Assembly (NCBI GenBank): GCA_965222075.1
Contig: OZ244937.1
Span: 128,001-192,000, forward strand
DNA: 64,000 bases
Direction: 5' to 3'
Source: Candidatus Latescibacterota bacterium
GTDB taxonomy: Bacteria; Latescibacterota; UBA2968; GCA-2709665
The position numbers were made by a program, and so were the translations under genes. Below, piece after piece: positions 56,483-64,000 of the stretch. Positions within the stretch are counted from its first letter, which is position 1; each line of letters opens with the position of its first letter. The notes beneath the pieces were generated by a model. That model worked only from the letters and a program-made list of their open reading frames with translations. It was not told where the DNA came from and ran no database searches.

Positions 56483-57481
56483 ATGAACCGACCGCCTGAA
56501 ACCTTCATCAGGGTCTCCCACCGGGATCTGCAGGCCTTCGTCTCCAGGGCCGCGCAGACCGTCGGCGTGCCCCAGGAGAAGGCCGAACTCCTCGCCGAAA
56601 TGCTCACCGCCTGCGACCTCCGGGGTAACGTCAGCCACGGCACCCGACAGATCGCCCGGTATGCCCGCTGGATGCGAGACCGTGAGATCAACCCAGACCC
56701 GAACGTGCACGTGGTCAAAGAGACACGCGTGAGCTTGGTCGTGGACGGAGACGGCGGCCTGGGCTACTTCCCGATGGTCGAGGGGACCAAGCGCGCGATC
56801 GAGAAGGCAAAGGCCGAGGGGATAGCCGTGGTACTTACCCGAAACCACGGTCACTTCGGCGCGGCGGGACTCTACTCCCGGATGCCCCTCGAGCACGACC
56901 TCCTGACACTCGTGACCGAGGGCTTCCGGCCCAATCTTGCGCCGGGGATGCCGGTCTACCTCTCCGCCGGGGGCTGCCCCCCGATCTCATTCAGCGCCCC
57001 TTCCGGAGAAGAGCCCCCGCTGGTCCTCGATTTCGGGACGACGCACGATTTTCTGCCTGAATCCCCACACCGGGATGAGATCATCAAAATGGCGCCCGGC
57101 ATCCTCTTCCGATCGCTCGGACTGGGGGCGATCTGCCAGGCCTGGTCCGCCCTCCTGGCAGCGACGCCACTCTCTGAACCCCCGGCGGACGACCCGAATC
57201 AATTGGTGGTTCCAAAGCCCAAAAGTGCCCTCCTCCTCACGTTTCAAATCGGACTATTCACGGATCCGGTTCAATACAGACGTGAAATAGACGAATACAT
57301 CCGCCAGGTGCGGACCCTCGAACCGCTCGAGGGATTCGATGGGGCCTGTCTGGCGGGCGGACCGGAGGCTGCGTGTGAACGGCTGTACCGGGAAGCTGGT
57401 GTCCCTGTGGAACCGGGGCATCAGCAAGCCTTGGAGGGCCTCGCAGCTGAACTCGCGATAGACGTCCCGTGGAGGAGATAA
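56483..57481 (+). CDS. Ldh_2-family oxidoreductase, copy 2
   Basis: Close paralogue of 45376-46371, near-identical over the N-terminal half. Confidence 0.88.
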   Translation: MNRPPETFIRVSHRDLQAFVSRAAQTVGVPQEKAELLAEMLTACDLRGNVSHGTRQIARYARWMRDREINPDPNVHVVKETRVSLVVDGDGGLGYFPMVEGTKRAIEKAKAEGIAVVLTRNHGHFGAAGLYSRMPLEHDLLTLVTEGFRPNLAPGMPVYLSAGGCPPISFSAPSGEEPPLVLDFGTTHDFLPESPHRDEIIKMAPGILFRSLGLGAICQAWSALLAATPLSEPPADDPNQLVVPKPKSALLLTFQIGLFTDPVQYRREIDEYIRQVRTLEPLEGFDGACLAGGPEAACERLYREAGVPVEPGHQQALEGLAAELAIDVPWRR

Positions 57482-57599
57482 TCCCCTTAAGCCGCCTGCA
57501 GAAGTCCGAATGATAGTTCACGCCAGATTCCTGACGTTTGCTCAAGCCCGACATCGGCTCCACGCGAGGCTCAGATCGGTTCAAGAAAGGTGAGGAATA

Positions 57600-58592
57600 T
57601 TGGAATACCGCTTCCTGGGAAAATCGGGCCTCAAGGTCTCGGAGATCTGCTTCGGACCTGGACACAGCAACATCACGGAAGATAAGGAAGGCGTAGCCAT
57701 TCTCGAGGCCGCCCACGACATGGGCGTCACCCTATACGATACCTCCAATGGCCAAAAGGGAGGGAAAGTCGAGGAATGGCTGGGGAAGGCCTTTCACCGC
57801 CGGCGCGACGACGTCGTCATTGCGACGAAGTTCTCGGGAGACGCCACCCGAAAGCACATCCTGAGGGAATGTGAAAAGAGCCTGAAGCGGTTGAAGGTCG
57901 ACTACATCGACGTCTACCGGTTCCACTTCTGGCACCCGACCGTGGCGATCGAGGAGAGCCTGGAGGCATTGACCGTGCTGGTTCAGCAGGGCAAGATCCA
58001 CTACGCCGGTTGCTGCGGATTCACGACCTACCAGATGGCCAATGCCCTGCGGATCTCCGAGCGGTACGGTTTCACAAAACTTGTGGTGGTAGGGGCCAGG
58101 TACTGCCTCCTGGGCCAGGATCCCGTCGCGCGAAGGCGTTATCCGCTGATGGAGGTGCAGGAGTTCGACCTGATTCCGTTCCTCGAGGAGGAACAGCTCG
58201 GGTTCATCCCTTTCAGGGCGCTTGCGGGTGGGCTGATGACGGGAAAATACCGACCCGGTGAACCGCCCCCATCGGACGGCCGGTACGCGGGTTCGAAATA
58301 CGGTTGGCCCGACTTCGCGCAGAGGGCGAAGCCGTCGCTCGAAGTCGTGGAGAGGCTTCGTCCCCTGGCCGAGAGACGCGGGGAGACGCTGGCCCAGTTT
58401 GCGATCGCCTGGGCACTCACGAGCCCTGTTGTCTCCAGCCTCTTGCTCGGTGCGAACACGGTGGCGCAGTTGAAAGAATGTCTGGGTGCCAGCGGCCACA
58501 GGCTGAGCGAGGAGGAATTGGAGGAGGTGAACGAGATTCGGAGCACCCTGCCCGGGTGCGTGACCGTCCCGGACGCGAGCGTGGAGCGATGA
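57600..58592 (+). CDS. Aldo/keto reductase 1 (catalytic Tyr position substituted)
   Basis: TTG start after GAGG; EYRFLGKSGLKVSEICFG; YDTSNGQ; VVIATKF; SLKRL.VDYID; LAGGLMTGKY. Confidence 0.85.
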   Translation: MEYRFLGKSGLKVSEICFGPGHSNITEDKEGVAILEAAHDMGVTLYDTSNGQKGGKVEEWLGKAFHRRRDDVVIATKFSGDATRKHILRECEKSLKRLKVDYIDVYRFHFWHPTVAIEESLEALTVLVQQGKIHYAGCCGFTTYQMANALRISERYGFTKLVVVGARYCLLGQDPVARRRYPLMEVQEFDLIPFLEEEQLGFIPFRALAGGLMTGKYRPGEPPPSDGRYAGSKYGWPDFAQRAKPSLEVVERLRPLAERRGETLAQFAIAWALTSPVVSSLLLGANTVAQLKECLGASGHRLSEEELEEVNEIRSTLPGCVTVPDASVER

Positions 58593-58798
58593 CGGAAGGG
58601 CGACCTTTCCTGCACCCCCGGCGAAAGGCCGTGGCGACAGAACGGCCGGGGCCGGGAGTCTTATCGATGGCGCGTTTGCACCTGCGGATGACCAGACCAG
58701 ATTGGATCACGGCCGGATATTCAGATACCCCTTCAGGTGGAGTCGACAGGACTTGACATTGAGCACGGCCACATAATCACAAAGAGGGAATACGGGCA

Positions 58799-60331
58799 AT
58801 GTCTCCCTATCTGAGGTTCGCAAAGTCCGCGGTTGAGACGCTCCTGGAACATCAGTCCGCCCGTGTGGGCGGCCCGCCCGATGGGACGCTGTGCATCACG
58901 ATAACCACGCACTCCAACAGGACCAACCGGCGCGTGAGGAGGGGGAGAGATATCCAGAAAGGACAGGTGGAAGAGTACAATTTCTCAGGCCTCCAGGAAG
59001 AGCAGCCGGTGGTGGAACATCCCTGCCGGATGGATCTGCAAATCTGGCCGGTCCTGGAACTCTACTCGGACGTGACGGGCGACCCGGAGTACCGTCAGAT
59101 GGTTGTGGAGATGGCGTCCGTTCTCGGTCGCCACGGGTTTGAGCCGTCGTCGGGCCTGGGCTACCTGGGGGCGACGGCCGAGTTCGACGTGCTTCGGCTC
59201 CAACCGGTATCCGAGTCGGGCCGAAAGCAGCCGCTCTTCAAGCCAATTGCCGGGCTTCCGCTGGACCGGCTCTGGTCGGAGGCGCCCGAACAGACGGGGC
59301 GGATGATCAAATCGGCTTACTACGGGCTGATCACCGGACCCGAGGCGATGGACTACAACCGGTACTGCTACTACGGGTACGACGATTCGGTGAAGGCGCC
59401 GTCTATGGAGATCCGGTCCGGCCACACGGCCTTTGCGCAAACGGGGTCCATCTTGATCCACTGGTGGGGGTATCACTTGGCCTGTACGGGGGACGAGGAA
59501 TGCCTGGGGTGGGCGCAAGCGATGGCGGACAAGTGGCACGCGGTGCAGCACCCGGAGTCGGGGCTATTTCCGCACGCGTTCCGCGTTGATGAGGGGGACG
59601 AGGAGACAACCATGCAGCCGTGGCCGTACGTCACCAGCAACGAAACCAATACCGCGATTGTGTTGCTGAAGGCGGCCGGTGAGTTCAAAAGACGTCGGGA
59701 AGGGATGGCGTTGTCCGATCAGGTGGCCGGTATGGGGCGGCGGCTGTTGAAGGCGATGGCGCGATATCATTACGATGCCCGGCAGCGGCTGTTTCCGCAG
59801 TGGCTGCGCCTGGACGGGGAGGCCTGCCAGGAGTGTGTGAATTATACGTTCCACTCCCAGGCAGAAAAGGATGAGGCCCTCAAGCGGCATCCCGAAGCGG
59901 CAGAGGTGGATGTCTACCCCGGATCCGGTTTCTACCAGGCGGGACCCTGGAGCCTCGGGGCGAAGAACCCTTGTCCGTATGAGCTGGCGCTGGGGGCGAG
60001 CCTGACGGGCGAGGCCGAGGTGCTGGATCGCGTTCAGGAAATGGCCGTCGATCTGATGGAGGAGGCCGGGAAGCTCACATCCGAGTTCAATGCGTGGGGA
60101 CAATGGACCTATCCGGCCAGCGCGTCACACATCAAGACGATGCTGCTTTTACATAAGATGACGGGAAAAGACCGATTCCTGGACTCGGCCAGGCAGCTGG
60201 CAGATATGGAACTGGAGCTACTGGGCCGGGCTTTGCCCGCAGGTAAGCCCGAGTGGTGGCGGATGCCGTTCAGGAGCGATCTGTTGGAGGCGCTGCTGCT
60301 TTTGCACCGGCAACCGGATGGTGCCGAATAG
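58799..60331 (+). CDS. Hypothetical (alpha/alpha)-barrel protein, distant resemblance to polysaccharide lyase family 2
   Basis: SDVTGDPEY...SGLGY.G; MDYNRY; FAQTGS.LI; TGD...LGWA..MA......HPESGL. This motif order recalls PL2 pectate lyases. No signal peptide. Confidence 0.55.
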   Translation: MSPYLRFAKSAVETLLEHQSARVGGPPDGTLCITITTHSNRTNRRVRRGRDIQKGQVEEYNFSGLQEEQPVVEHPCRMDLQIWPVLELYSDVTGDPEYRQMVVEMASVLGRHGFEPSSGLGYLGATAEFDVLRLQPVSESGRKQPLFKPIAGLPLDRLWSEAPEQTGRMIKSAYYGLITGPEAMDYNRYCYYGYDDSVKAPSMEIRSGHTAFAQTGSILIHWWGYHLACTGDEECLGWAQAMADKWHAVQHPESGLFPHAFRVDEGDEETTMQPWPYVTSNETNTAIVLLKAAGEFKRRREGMALSDQVAGMGRRLLKAMARYHYDARQRLFPQWLRLDGEACQECVNYTFHSQAEKDEALKRHPEAAEVDVYPGSGFYQAGPWSLGAKNPCPYELALGASLTGEAEVLDRVQEMAVDLMEEAGKLTSEFNAWGQWTYPASASHIKTMLLLHKMTGKDRFLDSARQLADMELELLGRALPAGKPEWWRMPFRSDLLEALLLLHRQPDGAE

Positions 60332-60484
60332 GCAGGAAGTATCGCGATCCACGATCCGAACCGAAGGACTGCCCGGGTCCCGGCCGCGATACATGCAGGG
60401 TCGAGGTATTTCACCGGTCGGACATCTGGTCGGGTGATACGATCCTCGTCCAGAGAATCTCTACCGACGACAGGAGGATATCCG

Positions 60485-61969
60485 ATGAATGTGGTCCTTA
60501 TTGTAGGCGATCGACATAACCCCGACTTCGCAGGGTGCTACGGCAACCCGATTACACGCACCCCGTATATCGACAGCATCGCCGAACGGGGCGCACGTTT
60601 CGACAGCGCCTACTGCATCAGTCCTCTCTGCACGCCGTCCAGGGCCGCCTCGATCACCGGCCGCTACGTCCACGAGATCGGAACCTGGGACTGCGCCTTT
60701 CCCTATACCGGAGCACCCAGCGGGTGGGGCCACTACTTTGCGGACCAAGGCGTGCAGATGACCACAGTGGGCAAGCTGGACTTCCAGCCGGGAGTGGGCC
60801 ACGGGATTGCCGATGAACGCATGCCCTCACACCGGTCGAGTCTGGCGCCCCACTCCCTCTTTCGGACCCAGGAGGTCCCTCGAAGGTACCACCACCTCAG
60901 CCGGCTGCGCAAGGCCGGGCCGGCCGACCCATCCAAAGGGGAATCCAAGGACCACAGGTGGGCGGAAGAGGCCGTCCGCTGGATTCAGGAGGATCGCCCG
61001 ACGGACCGCCCCTGGGTCCTGAGTGTGAACTACAACAACCTGCACGGCTGGGTACCCCCGCAGGAACTCTGGGACCACTACGATCCCCTCGTCAAGCTGG
61101 ATGACCTGGACGAACGCTACTTCGAAGACCACACCCAGGTTCATCCCTACCACCGCGACTGGGTCAACCGGACCTGCGGGGACTGGATTCAGCCGGAGGA
61201 GCTGCGACGTGGCCTTGTGGGCTACCACGGCATGTGCGAAAACATGGACCAGAGCGCTGGCCGGGTGATTCGAGCCCTGGAGGAAATCCGCATCCTGGAA
61301 GAGACGCTCGTTATCTACACCTCCGACCACGGGGGGAGCTGTGGGGCGCACCGGATGCTGGATTACGGCACCATGTACAACGACTCCATTCGCGTTTTCT
61401 TCGTCGCCGCCGGCCCCGGAATCCAACCCGGCGCAATCGAACCTACCCCGGTCACTCACCACGACATGTATGCCACCATCTGCGAGGCGGTCGGTTTGGA
61501 CCTGCCCGTGCATATGCGCGGCGTCTCCCTGCTGCCCCTCCTGCAAGGGGTAGAGGGTGCGCCGAGGCCCGGCTTCGCCCTCTCAGAGTACCACGGGGAC
61601 GGGTTTCCCAGCAGCATCTTCTCGATACGCTCCGGACCCTACAAGCTGATCGAATGCGTGGGCGAGAGACCGATCCTCTTCAACCTGCAGCAGGATCCCC
61701 TGGAGATGCACGATCTTGTCCAGGAGCGGGGGGGCGATCGAGAAGTCGAGGCCACGGTCCGGCGACTCCGGAACATCCTCTGCAACATCTGCTCCCCCGA
61801 GGCAGTGGACGCCCGTGTCAAGGCCGACCAGCTTGCCCTCAGGCGTGAACTGACCGAAAGCGGGCGGCTATTCGACGAGCAATGGAGGCGCGGGTACGAG
61901 CGGAATCCGGATGCCTTGATCCATCGTCCCGAATTCGTCCTCGAAGAGCCGAAGACGGTGATGAAATGA
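60485..61969 (+). CDS. Sulfatase-family hydrolase 5
   Basis: ATG 60485 after AGGAGG; NVVLIVGDRHN; CTPSR; TSDHG. Confidence 0.9.
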   Translation: MNVVLIVGDRHNPDFAGCYGNPITRTPYIDSIAERGARFDSAYCISPLCTPSRAASITGRYVHEIGTWDCAFPYTGAPSGWGHYFADQGVQMTTVGKLDFQPGVGHGIADERMPSHRSSLAPHSLFRTQEVPRRYHHLSRLRKAGPADPSKGESKDHRWAEEAVRWIQEDRPTDRPWVLSVNYNNLHGWVPPQELWDHYDPLVKLDDLDERYFEDHTQVHPYHRDWVNRTCGDWIQPEELRRGLVGYHGMCENMDQSAGRVIRALEEIRILEETLVIYTSDHGGSCGAHRMLDYGTMYNDSIRVFFVAAGPGIQPGAIEPTPVTHHDMYATICEAVGLDLPVHMRGVSLLPLLQGVEGAPRPGFALSEYHGDGFPSSIFSIRSGPYKLIECVGERPILFNLQQDPLEMHDLVQERGGDREVEATVRRLRNILCNICSPEAVDARVKADQLALRRELTESGRLFDEQWRRGYERNPDALIHRPEFVLEEPKTVMK

Positions 61970-62130
61970 AAGACGCCGCTTCAAAGCGGGTGAGAATCAC
62001 GATCCAATCGGTGCCGGGGAATGAGCCGGATACGCCTTTTCGATCCACCGCCCATTTGCGCACAGATCCAGCACGACGGTAGCGTTCTGATCCAGGACAG
62101 TATTCTGGATCACCTATGGAGGATGGACCG

Positions 62131-63120
62131 ATGGAATTCCGATTGATGGGAAAGACGGGCCTGAAGGTCTCCGAGTTCTGCTTCGGGCCGGGAAACAACA
62201 ATGTGACCGACGACCGCGAGGGGATGGACATGATCCGGGCGGCGTTCGATCTGGGGATTACGCTCTACGATACGTCCAATGTGGAGAAGGGCGGCAAAGT
62301 GGAGAAGTGGCTGGGGAAGGTGTTCGAGGGCCGGCGGGACGAAGTGGTCATTGCGTCTAAGTTTTCCGGAGACGGGACCCGAAAACATATTATGAGGGAG
62401 TGCGAGAAGAGCCTCAAACGGTTGAAAACCGACTATATCGACCTCTACCGGTTCCATTTCTGGCAGCCGGGCGTGGCTATCGAGGAAAGCCTGGAGGCTC
62501 TGACCGTACTGGTGCAACAGGGGAAGATTTTGTACGCCGGGTGCGGGGGCTTCAAGACCTACCAGATCGCCAATGCCCTGCGGACCTCGGAACAGTACGG
62601 ATATACCAAACTGGCGGCCGTTGGCGCCAGGTACGGCATCGCACGGACCCGGTATCCGCTAATGGAGGTGCAGGCGTTCGATTTGATTCCGTTCCTGGAG
62701 GAGGAGAAACTGGGGTTTATTCCCTTTATGGCGCTGGCTGGGGGGCTTCTGACGGGCAAATACAGGCCGGGCGAACCGCCACCGCCGGGCAGCCGATTTG
62801 CCGGTTCCAAGCACGGGCGAGACGATTTTGTGGAGAAGGCGAAGCCCGTGCTGGAGGTGGTGGAGAAGCTGCGGCCGCTGGCCGAGCGGCGGGGGGAGAC
62901 GCTGGCCCAGTTCGCGATTGCCTGGACGCTGTCCAAGCCGGTCGTGTCCAGTATTCTGATCGGGGCGAATACTCTGGACCAGCTCAATGAACTCGCGGCT
63001 GCTTCGGGCCACACCCTGAGCGCGGAGGAACTTCGGGAGGTAGACGAGATCCGGAGTGTGTTGCCCGGCTGCGTGACGGCTCCGAGTATACTCGACATCC
63101 GCATGCGCCAGCGAGCGTGA
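62131..63120 (+). CDS. Aldo/keto reductase 2 (catalytic Tyr position substituted)
   Basis: MEFRLMGKTGLKVSEFCFG; YDTSNVE; paralogue of 57600-58592. Confidence 0.85.
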   Translation: MEFRLMGKTGLKVSEFCFGPGNNNVTDDREGMDMIRAAFDLGITLYDTSNVEKGGKVEKWLGKVFEGRRDEVVIASKFSGDGTRKHIMRECEKSLKRLKTDYIDLYRFHFWQPGVAIEESLEALTVLVQQGKILYAGCGGFKTYQIANALRTSEQYGYTKLAAVGARYGIARTRYPLMEVQAFDLIPFLEEEKLGFIPFMALAGGLLTGKYRPGEPPPPGSRFAGSKHGRDDFVEKAKPVLEVVEKLRPLAERRGETLAQFAIAWTLSKPVVSSILIGANTLDQLNELAAASGHTLSAEELREVDEIRSVLPGCVTAPSILDIRMRQRA

Positions 63121-63153
63121 AAGCACTGATCATCATCACCAGGAGGTTGCCAG

Positions 63154-64000
63154 ATGAATGTTGTGCTTATTGTAGGCGATCGGCACAATCCGGAGTTCGC
63201 CGGCTGTTATGGAAACTCGCTCACGCGGACGCCCCACATCGACAGCATCGCCGGGAGGGGCACACGCTTCGACAATGCCTACTGCCACAGTCCGCTCTGC
63301 GCGCCGTCTCGGGGTGCGGCCATGAGCGGGCGTTATGTACACGAGATCGGGACGTGGGACAATGCGTTTCCTTACACGGGCGTGCCCAGGGGATGGGCGC
63401 ATTATTTTTCCGACCAGGGGGTGCATTTCGCCACAGTCGGCAAGCTGGACTTCGAGCCGGGGGCGGACTGCGGGGTCGCGGAGGAGCACCTGGGCGTACA
63501 GCGCAAGAGCCTGGACCCCCATTCGCTTTTCCGAGAGCAGGGCATCAACCGGCGGTTCCGCCACCTGCACCGGTTGCGCGCAGCAGGCCCGTCCAATAAG
63601 ACGGAGGAGGGAGGCCGGGACGTTCAGATCGCGAAGTACGCGGCCCGGTGGATTGCAGAGGAACGCCCCTCCGACCGCCCCTGGGTGTTGAGCGTCAATT
63701 TCAATCACCTCCACCAGTGGAATCCATCACAAGAACTCTGGAACCACTACGATCCCCTGGTGAGGCTGGAGGACCTGGATGAACGCTACACCGAAGAGCT
63801 GTCGCACCTTCATCCCCATCACCAGGCCTGGGCCCATCGGAGCTGCGGTGATCTGATCCAGCCCGAAGAGTTGCGGCGGGGACTGGTGGGTTATCACGGC
63901 ATGTGTGAGATGATGGACCGGAACGTGGGTCGTGTACTCAAGGGTCTGGAGCAGGAGGGGTTTCTGGAAGAGACCCTTGTCATCTACGCTTCAGACCACG
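63154..64000 (+). CDS. Sulfatase-family hydrolase 6 (3' partial; not listed in the ORF track)
   Basis: AGGAGGT RBS and ATG 63154: MNVVLIVGDRHNPEFAGCYG...HSPLCAPSR...GKLDF...YASDH, running off the window end. Confidence 0.9.
   Translation, partial: MNVVLIVGDRHNPEFAGCYGNSLTRTPHIDSIAGRGTRFDNAYCHSPLCAPSRGAAMSGRYVHEIGTWDNAFPYTGVPRGWAHYFSDQGVHFATVGKLDFEPGADCGVAEEHLGVQRKSLDPHSLFREQGINRRFRHLHRLRAAGPSNKTEEGGRDVQIAKYAARWIAEERPSDRPWVLSVNFNHLHQWNPSQELWNHYDPLVRLEDLDERYTEELSHLHPHHQAWAHRSCGDLIQPEELRRGLVGYHGMCEMMDRNVGRVLKGLEQEGFLEETLVIYASDH

Noticed and set aside
58753-58777. TTGACA...CATAAT as a sigma70 promoter
   Set aside because: The spacer is only 13 bp.

Overview
GC-rich bacterial window with almost all genes on the + strand. 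Gene content (carboxypeptidase-regulatory-domain TonB-dependent receptors, PorV-like barrels, FlgD-Ig/T9SS-type C-terminal domains, a GWxTD protein, dockerin/cohesin-like modules, DUF6785-like membrane proteins) resembles FCB-group bacteria such as Ca. Latescibacterota/Handelsmanbacteria; this assignment is an inference. The left half is a cell-surface/uptake region. A three-gene cassette [TonB-dependent receptor - large secreted protein with T9SS-like CTD - PorV-like barrel] occurs twice (7081-13702 and 29832-36556) with no SusD. Each copy is preceded by a strong-SD mini-ORF and has a stem-loop after the receptor; copy 2 lies behind a sigma70-like promoter with a perfect LacI-type operator. 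Also here are a diheme temptin-like dockerin protein, a cohesin-CTD gene with an insertion in its signal peptide, a TPR-GWxTD protein, a transglutaminase-like protein and TonB. The middle and right are a catabolic island of expanded paralogues: 6 sulfatase-family genes, 4 PhyH-like plus 1 JmjC-like Fe(II)/2OG enzymes, 2 homocysteine S-methyltransferase-family, 2 Ldh_2, 2 aldo/keto reductases, 2 alpha/beta hydrolases and 2 DUF6785-like transporters. Single-copy genes include a lactonase, a DapA-family aldolase, a split SelA/DgaE-like PLP enzyme and a PL2-like protein, plus one intact-looking IS630. Several of these families show substitutions at canonical catalytic positions. No rRNA, tRNA or CRISPR array was seen. 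All family calls come from visual motif recognition, not database searches.
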